Positions 49,389 through 60,141 of a stretch of 64,000 nucleotides of DNA are shown one piece after another (within the stretch, counting starts at the first letter, position 1; the number at the start of each line of letters is the position of its first letter). Source of the stretch: Spirochaetaceae bacterium (lineage in GTDB: Bacteria > Spirochaetota > Spirochaetia > DSM-2461); the NCBI GenBank assembly GCA_051531975.1, contig JAOPTT010000002.1, positions 505,968 through 569,967 on the forward strand. The letters run 5' to 3'. The notes under the pieces were generated by a model. That model did not search any database, had not been told where the DNA came from, and was given only the letters and a program-made list of their open reading frames with translations. The translations under genes and the position numbers were made by a program.

Positions 49389-51473
49389 ATGAAAAGAAAT
49401 TTCATTGCAATAATATTTGCAATTGTATCCGTCGGTAATTTGTTTTCAGAAATGACTGTAAATACAGATCAATTATCAAATACAGGTATTATTAAACTAG
49501 ATGGGAAATGGGACTTTTATTGGAATAGATTGCTATCTCCAGAAGAAGTTAAACTTCCTGGTGTAGAACCAGATAACAAATTTGAAATGACATTTTGGAA
49601 TGATAAGGGATATTCACCCTATGGTGTCGCAACATACCAACTAATCCTTAACTTGGAAGGAGATAATACTCCCTCGACATTAGGTTTAGAGATGTACTCT
49701 ATATATTCCGCCTACCGGCTTTATATTAATGGAAAACTAATAGCCAGCGAAGGAGAATTAGGGCTTTCAGCAGATACTGAAAAGAGTAGATCTCCTAGAA
49801 CATCAGTCTTTTTTGGCCATGATCAGGACAGATTAGATATAATTTTCCAAGTATCTAACCATCATTATATATATTGTGGAGGAGTTGGTGGCCCTCCTGT
49901 TCTAGGATCAGCAAAAACCATATCAAATCGTAAAATTATTAAGACAGGTAGCAACCTTTTCATGGTTGCGGCATTCCTATTTATGGGCCTCTATCATATA
50001 GCACTGTTTCTTTTCAGATCCAAAGATAGAGCATCATTATATCTAGGGCTCTTCTCTCTGACTCTTTGTTTTAGAAGCTTCTTAATTACTGGGGAAAAGG
50101 TCGCCTTCGACTTGCTACCTTGGCTAAATGTACCCATATTCAACAGTCTTCAAAATCTAGGAATATTTCCACTATTACCTCTATTTATGCTTTATATAAC
50201 CCACCTTTTCAAAAAAGAGAAAAAACAGATTCTCAATACAGTTTTTATTGGGGCTTCCATAATCCTTCTTATTGTTAGTTATATAAAGCTCGGTTACAAC
50301 TTAGATTTAGAATCCGGTAAAACTGCCCTAACCTTCGACATATTGAAGATCTATAACCCAATTATAATATGTGGGCTTTTATATATATTTTATGTTCTAG
50401 TAAAAGCGATCTCCCATAAACGACATGAGAGTTCGTTAATTGCAGCTGGATTTGGATTTATTTTTCTTGTTAGCTTAAATGACATTTTATTTAATCTAAA
50501 TGTAATTAATACTAACTATTATTTAGGTATTGGATTTTTAGTCTTTCTCTTTATCCAAACTCTTATTTTAGCTCGTCGTTTTTCTAGGGCTTTCTCTAAA
50601 GTTGAAAGTCAGTCTAGGACCCTAAAACAACAACAAAAACAAATTGAAGAAATGAATCAGGATCTTGAGCAGAAGATTCAAAAGAGAACAAACGAACTAG
50701 AAGAGAGAAATAGTAACATTTTATACAGCACCCAATATGCCAAAATCATTCAAACGTCAATTCTTCCTAAACCCGAAGTTCTATCTTTGTATTTAAAGAA
50801 ACAATTTGTAATATGGAAGCCACGGGATATTGTAGGTGGGGATTTTTACTGGTTTGAACCCCTAGATAATGGATTTCTTTTAGCTGTTATTGACTGTACA
50901 GGCCATGGTGTCCCAGGCGCCCTAATGACAATGTCTGCGACAACGGTATTAAGGCAGGTAGTTTCATATGTAGATAAAGATGATCCAGGACAGATTTTAG
51001 ATGAATCAAATAAAATTCTTCGTAATCTTCTAAATCAGCAGAGTAGAGATGCTAAATCAAATGACGGGTTTGACATTGGACTTTGTTATTACAATTTTTC
51101 TGAAAGATCTCTTACTTTTGCTGGAGCAAATATCCCTTTGATTATTCTAAGAAATGGAATTTGCAATAGGATTAAAGCAGACCGCCAAGGTATAGGTTTT
51201 CCCCGATCCAAGGAGGATTACAGATACACAAACAATTCTGTACATCTGGAATCCGGAGATACTTTATATCTAAGTTCTAATGGTTTTGTTAATCAGCTTG
51301 GAGGTGAACATGGCTATTCCTTGGGCTGGACAAAGTTTTTTAAAATACTAGAAAAGATGGATGGAGTACCACTAGATGAGCAAAAAGATTTAATTATTCA
51401 AGATTTTACTAAATATCAAAACGGAGAACCTCAAATCGATGACATTACACTACTTGGGTTCAAAATCGAATAA
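49389..51473 (+). CDS. 7TM-DISM sensor with SpoIIE/PP2C phosphatase domain
   Basis: LDGKWDFYW, about 7 TMs, coiled coil, VGGDFYW, DCTGHGVPGA, DDITL. Confidence 0.9.
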   Translation: MKRNFIAIIFAIVSVGNLFSEMTVNTDQLSNTGIIKLDGKWDFYWNRLLSPEEVKLPGVEPDNKFEMTFWNDKGYSPYGVATYQLILNLEGDNTPSTLGLEMYSIYSAYRLYINGKLIASEGELGLSADTEKSRSPRTSVFFGHDQDRLDIIFQVSNHHYIYCGGVGGPPVLGSAKTISNRKIIKTGSNLFMVAAFLFMGLYHIALFLFRSKDRASLYLGLFSLTLCFRSFLITGEKVAFDLLPWLNVPIFNSLQNLGIFPLLPLFMLYITHLFKKEKKQILNTVFIGASIILLIVSYIKLGYNLDLESGKTALTFDILKIYNPIIICGLLYIFYVLVKAISHKRHESSLIAAGFGFIFLVSLNDILFNLNVINTNYYLGIGFLVFLFIQTLILARRFSRAFSKVESQSRTLKQQQKQIEEMNQDLEQKIQKRTNELEERNSNILYSTQYAKIIQTSILPKPEVLSLYLKKQFVIWKPRDIVGGDFYWFEPLDNGFLLAVIDCTGHGVPGALMTMSATTVLRQVVSYVDKDDPGQILDESNKILRNLLNQQSRDAKSNDGFDIGLCYYNFSERSLTFAGANIPLIILRNGICNRIKADRQGIGFPRSKEDYRYTNNSVHLESGDTLYLSSNGFVNQLGGEHGYSLGWTKFFKILEKMDGVPLDEQKDLIIQDFTKYQNGEPQIDDITLLGFKIE

Positions 51474-51512
51474 TTGTAAATGAAAATCTGAAGTTTAAAG
51501 ACAGATCACCTG

Positions 51513-54500
51513 TTATTTTAAGTCATCTAAAATAGTATTAATTATTGGTATTGCTTGTTTCATTTTATAACTACCTAGTAGCTTTTTAACCTCTTTTATC
51601 TGAAGTAGTATACTATTTTCTATCTTAGTTAATATTAGTTCTTCTAGAATTAGCATAGCTGGTTTAGGTTTCCTAGAATTTAAGGATTTAAGAGCTTCAG
51701 TTAATTGTAATTCTAACTCTTGTTTAGATATCTCTTTTTTATCTATATTTACATCTTCATTATTTAGAATTCCTGAACTATTTATATCTAATATTAATTC
51801 ATTAATACTCTTTTGAATAAAACTAATTATATCTTTAACGTCTATATCAGATTTCAGATTTAACTCCAAATTGCCTAATAGATCTTTTAAAGAATCAGCC
51901 CCAAGGTTACCAGAGACACCTTTTACAGTATGAGCTAACCTAATAGCTTCATCTTTTTTATTATTAGAAAGAAGTAGATTCATCTGAATGTCAAAATCAC
52001 TGTAGTTATCTATAAATTTTTGAAATAAAGAGATTAAAACCTTACTGTTTCCTCCAACTCTTTTCAGTGCATCCTTAATATTTATATTTCTAATTTTTGG
52101 TAGTTCTTTTTTAGAAACGTCTGTCTTATTAAAATACTCAGATGGAATATCTCTATTTCCTGTTTTTATCCATTTTGAGAGAGTTAACCATAACTTATCA
52201 GTATCAATAGGTTTGCTTAAATAGTCATTCATACCAGACTCTAAAACACTATCTCTTATTCCAACCATAGCATCTGCTGTCATGGCAACTATTGGTAATT
52301 CATTAACTTTAAAAGTCTCTCTTATTTTTACAGTTGAACCATAACCGTCAAGATTTGGCATTTGTAGATCCATTAAAATTAGGTCATACGCTTTATTTTG
52401 AGCCATTTTCCAAGCTTCAATACCATCATTTGCAACATCTACAAAAAATCCTTCACTCTCTAATAACTCAACTGCAACTTGTTGGTTTATCTCATTATCT
52501 TCTGCTAATAATAGTTTAGCTCCTCTTTTTCCATCTAAACTAACTTTATTATCTGAACTAGTAGATCTATAATCCTTTATTCTCTGCATTCCATAAATAT
52601 TTAATATAGCATTAAACAGTTCAGACTGGCTTATAGGTTTTGATATCTGGGTTCTGTTTTCCCAGTCATCAGGAATTGTACCAATAACTCCTTCTTTTAG
52701 ATCTTTTAATATAATAAATTCATATTTTTCTCTACTTAATATTATTAGGTCATAATGATCTGAGGAGTAACTATTAGGCTCATGTTGTAGTGCTGTAACA
52801 GAAAAGTTAAAGGATTCAAGATACTCTGTTAGTACTTTTAGGCTTGTTAGGTTATTATCTACAACCATTATTTTTAGAGAATCAAGTTTATCTATTGTAT
52901 AACTTTGCTGAATATTGTTTTGGATTTTTAAAGGCAGAGTAAAATAAAAATTAGAACCTTTACCAGAAGTACTTTCAACTCCGATCTCTCCACCCATAAT
53001 CTCAACCAAGCTTTTACTAATAGAGAGACCAAGACCTGTTCCTCCGTACTTTCTAGTGGTTGAACTATCAGCCTGAGAAAAGGACTGAAACAATTTCCCT
53101 ATCTGCTCTCTTGTTAAACCAATTCCAGTATCTTTTACTTCAAATAGCAGAGACAATTCAGATATTTTTTTTGTAGAAACTTTAACAGAGACCTCAACTT
53201 CCCCTTCTTTTGTAAACTTAATTGCGTTATTAGAAAGATTAAGAAGTATTTGTCCAAGTCTAAGAGGGTCTCCAATTAATAAATGAGGAATAACAGGTTC
53301 TATATAAAAAACCAATTCAAGATTTTTTTCTTTAGTTTTAGAAGATAGAACACTGCTTAAATTATTAAAAACATCTTGAATATTAAAATCTATATACTCT
53401 ACATTTAATTTCCCAGCTTCAATTTTAGAAAAATCTAGAATATCATTAATAATTCCTAAAAGGTTTTTTGCTGATCCATATATTTTGTCAGTGTAATCTA
53501 ATTGTTTAGAATTTAACTCAGTTTTTTGCATTAGATGAGAAAGACCCAAGATAGCATTCATTGGAGTTCTTATCTCGTGACTCATATTTGCTAAAAAGTC
53601 ACTTTTAGCTTTTGTTGCGGCTTCCGCTTCATCCCTTGCTCTTTCTAGGTTCTGAGTCATGGATACCAATTCTGTAATATCTCTAGCTACCCATAAAATA
53701 TGTATGTTCCCATCTACTATAACCTGAGCTAAACGAGCCTCGAAGTATTGTGGTATATTGTTATTATCAGTTAAATTATATTCTATAACCCTAACTTCAT
53801 CTGATTTTAAGACATCTTTTATATTTTGAATAATTTTTAAAACTATATCTTTATCAAATATTTCACTTATTGATTTTCCAATAATAAAATCTAAGTCATT
53901 ATTATTAAGTTCATTTTTTGAGATGGATTCAACAAAAAGTCCATTGGTATCTAATAAGTATGTTATATCCGGCATTGCATTTAATAAAGATCTCATCCGG
54001 GCTTCTCTCTCTTCTATAGTTGCCATAGAGTCTTCCAATTGTTCATGAATCTCTGACCTAGACCGAAGCATTTTATTTGCCATTTCAGATAAATCTTTAA
54101 ATTCTTTATAATTTATTTTGTTAGAATCAATATAGACATTACTACTGCTTGCGTTATTAAAAAAGTTTGAAAAGAGTTTAAAATTCTTTTTTACTGATAT
54201 TGCATAATAAATAAAGATACCAACACCTATTAATACTGCAAAAAATACAAGTATTATAAGCTCCCTAATATTCTCAAGTATATCTTCTTCTAATAATATT
54301 TTTCTTTTTTCTATTATTTCATCAACTTGATGTAAATATAGACCAGAACCAATTATCCAATCCCAATCTGGATAATATTTTGCATAGGCCATTTTAGGTA
54401 GATCCTCTCCAATACCTCTATGTGTCCAGTCATAATAAACAAAAAGTGGTTCTTCGCTGGATGCCGATTCTAAAATGGTAGAAAATAGATTAACTTCACT

Positions 54501-55325
54501 TTCAATACCAGATTCATAAGAATTTATACCTTCCCGATCAGGATAGATTGGATGCATAACGGTTGTAGATTTACTATTATATATAAATAGATAACCTTCA
54601 TCATTTTCATAACGAATCTCCCTAATCCTTTTAATGGTCTCAGCTTGAATACTTTCCTTAATTTCGTTCCTATATTCACCTGTACCAATGATCCAATTAA
54701 ATGGCTCAAAAACCTTATTATACGAGATTTTAGGTTCTACTTTATCTGTATCAGCTCTATAAAAGCTATATTGAGTAAAGGAGTCACCATCTTGTTTTAC
54801 TGTATTAATTATATCTTGTATTGGATAATTCCCTAACTCATCACTAGAATTATAAGCCTCTAATGAACCTTCTAGCCAGGGTTTATCAGGGTATAAAAAG
54901 CATAATCCATCTAGCCCATAGATAAAATAATAACCTCTGTTATTATTAAAACGTAACCTACGAAAATACTCTACAATACGTTCCTGTATCTGTTTGTCTG
55001 ACTCAAGACCTTTATACTGATTATAAATTGATAAAATAATAGAATAAGCTTCCTCAACTTTTTCTATTAGCTCATACTCAAGTCTCTCTTGAACAAGTTC
55101 TTGTTGATACTCAATAAATTTGATAGCATCATCTACTTCTAACTTAATTAGACTCTGTTTCTCTTTTATATAATCATCACGTATTTCAATTATGGTTTCA
55201 TTAAAGTTATCACGTTTATGATCTATGAAATTCAGAAGAATGATAAAACAGGTAGTGACAAGAATCACTAATGCAATTATCAAATTTATAGTAGTTAATC
55301 GGTAGGAGATACTTTTCTTCATCAC
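51513..55325 (-). CDS. Hybrid histidine kinase (Cache x2-PAS-HisKA-HATPase-REC-REC-HPt)
   Basis: [34 protein letters not shown]. Confidence 0.95.
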   Translation of the reverse strand: MMKKSISYRLTTINLIIALVILVTTCFIILLNFIDHKRDNFNETIIEIRDDYIKEKQSLIKLEVDDAIKFIEYQQELVQERLEYELIEKVEEAYSIILSIYNQYKGLESDKQIQERIVEYFRRLRFNNNRGYYFIYGLDGLCFLYPDKPWLEGSLEAYNSSDELGNYPIQDIINTVKQDGDSFTQYSFYRADTDKVEPKISYNKVFEPFNWIIGTGEYRNEIKESIQAETIKRIREIRYENDEGYLFIYNSKSTTVMHPIYPDREGINSYESGIESEVNLFSTILESASSEEPLFVYYDWTHRGIGEDLPKMAYAKYYPDWDWIIGSGLYLHQVDEIIEKRKILLEEDILENIRELIILVFFAVLIGVGIFIYYAISVKKNFKLFSNFFNNASSSNVYIDSNKINYKEFKDLSEMANKMLRSRSEIHEQLEDSMATIEEREARMRSLLNAMPDITYLLDTNGLFVESISKNELNNNDLDFIIGKSISEIFDKDIVLKIIQNIKDVLKSDEVRVIEYNLTDNNNIPQYFEARLAQVIVDGNIHILWVARDITELVSMTQNLERARDEAEAATKAKSDFLANMSHEIRTPMNAILGLSHLMQKTELNSKQLDYTDKIYGSAKNLLGIINDILDFSKIEAGKLNVEYIDFNIQDVFNNLSSVLSSKTKEKNLELVFYIEPVIPHLLIGDPLRLGQILLNLSNNAIKFTKEGEVEVSVKVSTKKISELSLLFEVKDTGIGLTREQIGKLFQSFSQADSSTTRKYGGTGLGLSISKSLVEIMGGEIGVESTSGKGSNFYFTLPLKIQNNIQQSYTIDKLDSLKIMVVDNNLTSLKVLTEYLESFNFSVTALQHEPNSYSSDHYDLIILSREKYEFIILKDLKEGVIGTIPDDWENRTQISKPISQSELFNAILNIYGMQRIKDYRSTSSDNKVSLDGKRGAKLLLAEDNEINQQVAVELLESEGFFVDVANDGIEAWKMAQNKAYDLILMDLQMPNLDGYGSTVKIRETFKVNELPIVAMTADAMVGIRDSVLESGMNDYLSKPIDTDKLWLTLSKWIKTGNRDIPSEYFNKTDVSKKELPKIRNINIKDALKRVGGNSKVLISLFQKFIDNYSDFDIQMNLLLSNNKKDEAIRLAHTVKGVSGNLGADSLKDLLGNLELNLKSDIDVKDIISFIQKSINELILDINSSGILNNEDVNIDKKEISKQELELQLTEALKSLNSRKPKPAMLILEELILTKIENSILLQIKEVKKLLGSYKMKQAIPIINTILDDLK

Positions 55326-55372
55326 AGTAATAATAATTCAATTTTTATTTTAATACTATCTTATAAAAATAT

Positions 55373-56383
55373 TTAATATCCCAAATTATCAACGAGTTGT
55401 GACCACTTATTTATGTTATAATCTTTATTTTTAGCTGCCTCTGCAAAATTATAAGGAATAGTTTTTATATCACTAATTTTTGGAAGAGAAGCAGATACTG
55501 CGCCATCTATTCGTACCGAACGTCTTCCCATAATTTCAACTAGAAAATCTTGAATTTCTTTTGATAATACCCAGTTAATAAACTGTTTTCCTGCGTCGGG
55601 ATTAGGTCCATTTTTTACAAGGGCAATTCCATCTGGAGCAACGGTAGTACCGTCTTCAGGATAAATTATTTTTACTGGTCCACCTGCTTCAAAATATCTA
55701 AAAGCACTATCTTCTAATGTAATTCCAATAGCTGCCTCACCGCTATTTACCAGTTTGGGTACTGCTGAAGAGCTACCTGATAATTCCATATTTTTTAATA
55801 TATTATTATATACTCTCCAACCATCGTCACCATAACTATTTAAAATAGTTACAAGCTGAGTATAGGAAGATCCTGATTTATCTGCTCTTGCACTTGAGAT
55901 TTTATTCCTAAATTTTGATGATGTTAGATCTTCCCAACTTTTTGGTAATTCATCAGGGGTTAGAAGTTCAGTATTAGCTAACAGAACCATTATTATACCT
56001 GTATAAGGGAGCCATTTAGTTCCAACTTTATATACAGGATCTATAATATCCCATTCTGATGGGGTAAAATCTTCTAAAAGTTCATTGTTTGCCTCAAGCT
56101 GTTCTCCAGATACACTCCAGATAACATCACATTTAGGTTTACCACTCTCTACCCTCACTCTTGTAAGAATATCAGCTGACCCCATTCTAACGACATTAGC
56201 CTTGATACCACTTACGAGTTCAAATCTCTCCACAAGAATATTTATAGTCTCTTGGCTATGAGCTGAGTATAATGTAACAGATTCCGCTAATACTTGTTGT
56301 TCTTCCTCTACTCCAGTTTTAGAATAAGCTGAAATACTAATACAAAATATTAATAACACTAAAAATAACCTGTTCATAGACAC
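55373..56383 (-). CDS. ABC-type solute-binding protein (AfuA/FbpA-like)
   Basis: Signal peptide, PKSWEDL, KSGSSY, YPEDG. Confidence 0.88.
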   Translation of the reverse strand: MSMNRLFLVLLIFCISISAYSKTGVEEEQQVLAESVTLYSAHSQETINILVERFELVSGIKANVVRMGSADILTRVRVESGKPKCDVIWSVSGEQLEANNELLEDFTPSEWDIIDPVYKVGTKWLPYTGIIMVLLANTELLTPDELPKSWEDLTSSKFRNKISSARADKSGSSYTQLVTILNSYGDDGWRVYNNILKNMELSGSSSAVPKLVNSGEAAIGITLEDSAFRYFEAGGPVKIIYPEDGTTVAPDGIALVKNGPNPDAGKQFINWVLSKEIQDFLVEIMGRRSVRIDGAVSASLPKISDIKTIPYNFAEAAKNKDYNINKWSQLVDNLGY

Positions 56384-56527
56384 ACTCCAATAAAAACATT
56401 CATCTAATTTTAATATTTCTGTATGTTATTTGCAAACAAAATTAATAAATCCACTGATTCTAAAATATTATATTGAATTGTAGTATAATAAAAAGAGCCA
56501 ATAGATTAGTTGGATTTTTATGAAATT

Positions 56528-58402
56528 TTACATGTGGATTGTAAAGAAGTTCCAGTTATATAATTCAGCTAACATCATTAAGTTAAGGATAATATGGATA
56601 ATATCCATAACTCTTTGCTTTGTTGTTAATTTGAACTTCTTCTGAAGAATATATGACATGATAATAAAGACAGATGTTAAACAGAGATAGGCATAATTTA
56701 ACAGAAGTAGAGATTTGACTTCAGAGAAGGACATAAACCTTTTGGTCAGAAATATACTTATTGCCATGAGATTTGTAATTAACATACAGCACCCCAAAAG
56801 TCTGAATCCCAATTGCAACCAGTTGTATCTTTTATAGCTTAGTTCCTGTTTTTTACTTTGAATTATCATTACCAGAGTTACAATAAACCCAGTAATTCCA
56901 CTTAAAATAAAAAGTATCAAGGTAGCTAAACTTCTTAATGTAGACTTCATTGGCTGTAAGTCTAATCCCCGACCTGCAGTAATCTGAATAACTTCAGTTC
57001 CCTCTACTTCAAACTTTAACTCGGGGTACATAATATTAAATAATGGCCCTGTCCCATTCGCTATTTCATAATAGTATGGAGAAGTCTGGATATACTTTTG
57101 ATTATAGATAGAAAGGTTTAATGTTATTTCATTTTCACCTGTCTTTTGTATAACAGATGGATTTAAATAGCTTAATAACTCTAAATAACTTCCTTCTGGT
57201 CTTCTAAAAGGCAGGTATTTCCCTGAAACTAAACTGGAATCAGGAAGGTCTTTACCTGAATTATCGATTATATTACCGGATTTCCCTGTTAATAGTTCCT
57301 GAATCCCAAATGCTAAATCCATTTCTCCCTGTACATTTGTCAGCGTGATAACAGCGAAGTTCTCAGCTGGGACAATAATAAACTGACTTGTAAAAGCTAT
57401 TCCATTTCCACCGTGACCATATCCCTTTTTTGCACCACTAAACTCAAAGAAACCATGAGCTGTATTAAAATAAGAAGTAGTAAACATTCGATTTATAGTT
57501 TTATTTGATTCAAATATTGCTGTTTTACTCTGTTTTGGCATTAAAGCGATGGCAAACCTAGCTAAATCTCCAATTGTACCATTTAATGAACCTGCAGGGG
57601 CATTGTTTGTATATGTCCAGGGACCTTCTAAAAACCCACCTTTTCCATCTGGAATATAACCCATAGCCTTATTATATCTGATTTGTGCCGAAACATTAAA
57701 ATAGGGATCAGATGTACTTTTAGTCATATTTAGGGGGGTTAAAAAGTTCTGTTCCAGATATTCAGAATAAGTCATACCTGTCACATTTTCAATAATAAGT
57801 CCGGCAAGTGCTGCACCATGATTACTGTAAGCACTGGTCTTCCCTACTTCCATAAACTGTTCAGGATGACTTTTAAGAAAACCCTGGGTAAGATTATAAT
57901 TTTCGACAGGTGTAGGAAACACTAAATCAAAACCATAATCACCAAAACCTGTTGTGTGGTTCATTAAGTCCAATAGAGTAATTGGCTTGGCATCTTTTAA
58001 TGCTTCTACAACTTCTTTAGGTAGATAACTTCTTATATCCTCATTTAGTTTTACAAGGCCTCTCTCCTCAAGCTGCATAAGACTACTCCATGTAAAAAGT
58101 TTTGTAATTGAAGCCCACTCAAATATAGTAGATTCACTATTTATCTTTTCTCCAGTTTTAATATTCTTAAATCCGTAACCCTTTGAGAAAATAATTTCTC
58201 CATCTTTTATTACAGCTATGGCAGCACCTGGTGTGGATTTACCAATATATTCCTGTGCATATTCATCAATGATATTTTCCAATTTGTTAAAAGGGATGCC
58301 TGAAGGCGTCGTACCATTAACTGTATCCACAGATAACTGCATAGGGAAAGTTACCCCTGTAATAATTAGTAAAATAATAACCGCTAATAATTGCCTGTTC
58401 AT
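56528..58402 (-). CDS. Serine hydrolase, beta-lactamase class C-like, with C-terminal TMs
   Basis: SITK (SxxK), LMNHTTG, YSN, GHGG. Confidence 0.9.
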   Translation of the reverse strand: MNRQLLAVIILLIITGVTFPMQLSVDTVNGTTPSGIPFNKLENIIDEYAQEYIGKSTPGAAIAVIKDGEIIFSKGYGFKNIKTGEKINSESTIFEWASITKLFTWSSLMQLEERGLVKLNEDIRSYLPKEVVEALKDAKPITLLDLMNHTTGFGDYGFDLVFPTPVENYNLTQGFLKSHPEQFMEVGKTSAYSNHGAALAGLIIENVTGMTYSEYLEQNFLTPLNMTKSTSDPYFNVSAQIRYNKAMGYIPDGKGGFLEGPWTYTNNAPAGSLNGTIGDLARFAIALMPKQSKTAIFESNKTINRMFTTSYFNTAHGFFEFSGAKKGYGHGGNGIAFTSQFIIVPAENFAVITLTNVQGEMDLAFGIQELLTGKSGNIIDNSGKDLPDSSLVSGKYLPFRRPEGSYLELLSYLNPSVIQKTGENEITLNLSIYNQKYIQTSPYYYEIANGTGPLFNIMYPELKFEVEGTEVIQITAGRGLDLQPMKSTLRSLATLILFILSGITGFIVTLVMIIQSKKQELSYKRYNWLQLGFRLLGCCMLITNLMAISIFLTKRFMSFSEVKSLLLLNYAYLCLTSVFIIMSYILQKKFKLTTKQRVMDIIHIILNLMMLAELYNWNFFTIHM

Positions 58403-58421
58403 TTTTTCTCCTTTTTCCGTG

Positions 58422-58438
58422 ACTGACAGAGTGTCAGT
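58422..58438. promoter_or_regulatory. TetR operator upstream of serine hydrolase
   Basis: ACTGACA-GAG-TGTCAGT palindrome; repeated at 59153-59167. Confidence 0.8.
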
Positions 58439-58481
58439 ATTATTTTAAAAAAAATCCAATAAGTATTTACTGAACAATATG

Positions 58482-59117
58482 TTAATAATAAAAGGGCTTT
58501 AACCCTAATGTTTTATAAATTAGTTCTTTGAATCCATTAAACAGCAACATCTGCCCTTCAATGGTATTTCCATGATAATGGGGATCGTTTAATACAAAAG
58601 TTAAACCAGTCATTAAAAAAGACGCAGTAGCATATGGGTAATCTACTTTAAAGTTACCCTCTTTAACTCCCTGTAAAATTATTCTTTCAAATACACCTGT
58701 AGCTTTATAGGATATTTTATGACTTATCTGATCCAGCATATAGTTATTCTCTTTAAGTTGGATAGTATCCTGAAGTGATTTAAGCTGTTCTATCTGCTTT
58801 TTAGTTAAATCGTTATTTTCCGGGTCTACAGTTATTGTAGCCTCAATGAATGCCCTTACCTTTTCTGGTGCTGTCATTACCGAATTATTTACAATATTAT
58901 CAAACTTACTGATTAACCCTCGGGTTCTATTTTCCACTATGTGCCACAAGATATCCTCTTTTGATTCAAAGTGGTAATAGAGCAATCCCCTGGATATACC
59001 AAGAGCTTTAATTATGTCATTTGTAGTAGTAGGAATATAACCCTTTTCAAAAAATAGTCGTTCAGACATTGTCAAAATATCTTCTTTCCTCTCTTCAGGA
59101 TTTTTTACTTCTCTCAT
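58482..59117 (-). CDS. TetR-family regulator
   Basis: MREVKNPEERKEDIL...GISRGLLYYHFESKE; start revised from 59168 because promoter/operator lies at 59140-59168. Confidence 0.92.
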   Translation of the reverse strand: MREVKNPEERKEDILTMSERLFFEKGYIPTTTNDIIKALGISRGLLYYHFESKEDILWHIVENRTRGLISKFDNIVNNSVMTAPEKVRAFIEATITVDPENNDLTKKQIEQLKSLQDTIQLKENNYMLDQISHKISYKATGVFERIILQGVKEGNFKVDYPYATASFLMTGLTFVLNDPHYHGNTIEGQMLLFNGFKELIYKTLGLKPFYY

Positions 59118-59139
59118 ATGATACTTACCCTCTAAGGAT

Positions 59140-59168
59140 ATCTTAGATCTAAACTGACAGAGTGTCAA
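59140..59168 (-). promoter_or_regulatory. tetR promoter with overlapping operator
   Basis: TTGACA-17bp-TAAGAT on minus strand; ACTGACAGAGTGTCA overlaps the -35. Confidence 0.75.
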
Positions 59169-59180
59169 TCAAACTAAATT

Positions 59181-60083
59181 TTAAGGAATATCATCTGCAC
59201 CCATTGGTCCGTAATAACTTTCCCAAAGTTTCTTTACACTGCCATCTGAGATGAGAGCTTTAAGGCTAGTGTTATATCGATCTAACAATGACTTATCAAG
59301 TATTTTTGAAAAGCCAGTTGTTATATTTTGACTAATTATTGGTTTCCCTACGAATTTAATTTTCCAGTTATTAATTTTGGAGTAATAAATTCCTATTCTT
59401 TTTACATCTGGAACTGCGTCTAATAAACCATTATTAAGATCCTCTAATGCTTTTGTCGTAGTAGGATATTGAATTAAATTAATCTCTTTTATATCTCTTA
59501 ATACCTGATATATATGACCCTGAGTTTGAACACCAACTTTTTTACCATAAAGGCTTTTTATTGTTTCATCTTTTGTAGAACCCAAAATATCAGTATTACC
59601 TTCACTAACAAATGTTATAAAATGAAGTATCTCATATGGAACCGATAAATTAAAAATCTCACGGTAATCTGGAAGATCTGGAACAGATAATCCAATATGG
59701 TGAGTCCCTGTTTTTAAGCCTTGAATTACTGGCCCCACATCACTATATGGTACAAATTTATATGATTGATTCATATGATTCATTATTAGAGTTTCCAGAT
59801 CAACATAAAAACCATGAACATCCCCATCGTCACCTAGATACATCCCAGGAGCACCATCTTGTCTAACAAATATTAAAATTGTATCTGTAGATGAAATTAC
59901 TGTTAGAGGTTTTCTATCACTACTAATAACTTCGTTCTTAGCGACTGTATAAGAGGAACTACTGTTATCATCATCAATTATAAGTTTATCCTTAGAACAT
60001 GCAAGCATAAGCATTATAAATATAAACATTGCTATTTTTCTGATCATAACTATAACTATATGAAAATGTAATGAAAAAAACAA
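59181..60083 (-). CDS. Family 3 (amino-acid-type) solute-binding lipoprotein
   Basis: MLA-C lipobox, GFYVDL, GKKVGVQ, DG...KLW..Y; true start probably downstream of 60083. Confidence 0.8.
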   Translation of the reverse strand: MFFSLHFHIVIVMIRKIAMFIFIMLMLACSKDKLIIDDDNSSSSYTVAKNEVISSDRKPLTVISSTDTILIFVRQDGAPGMYLGDDGDVHGFYVDLETLIMNHMNQSYKFVPYSDVGPVIQGLKTGTHHIGLSVPDLPDYREIFNLSVPYEILHFITFVSEGNTDILGSTKDETIKSLYGKKVGVQTQGHIYQVLRDIKEINLIQYPTTTKALEDLNNGLLDAVPDVKRIGIYYSKINNWKIKFVGKPIISQNITTGFSKILDKSLLDRYNTSLKALISDGSVKKLWESYYGPMGADDIP

Positions 60084-60141
60084 ATTAAATTATCTTTGTT
60101 TTACAATAAATTATGCTAAAATAATAAAAGAGGTAAAGACT

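Noticed and set aside
59118..59168. N-terminal extension of TetR given in the ORF track
   Set aside because: Coincides with its own promoter and operator; ATG at 59117 fits the family start
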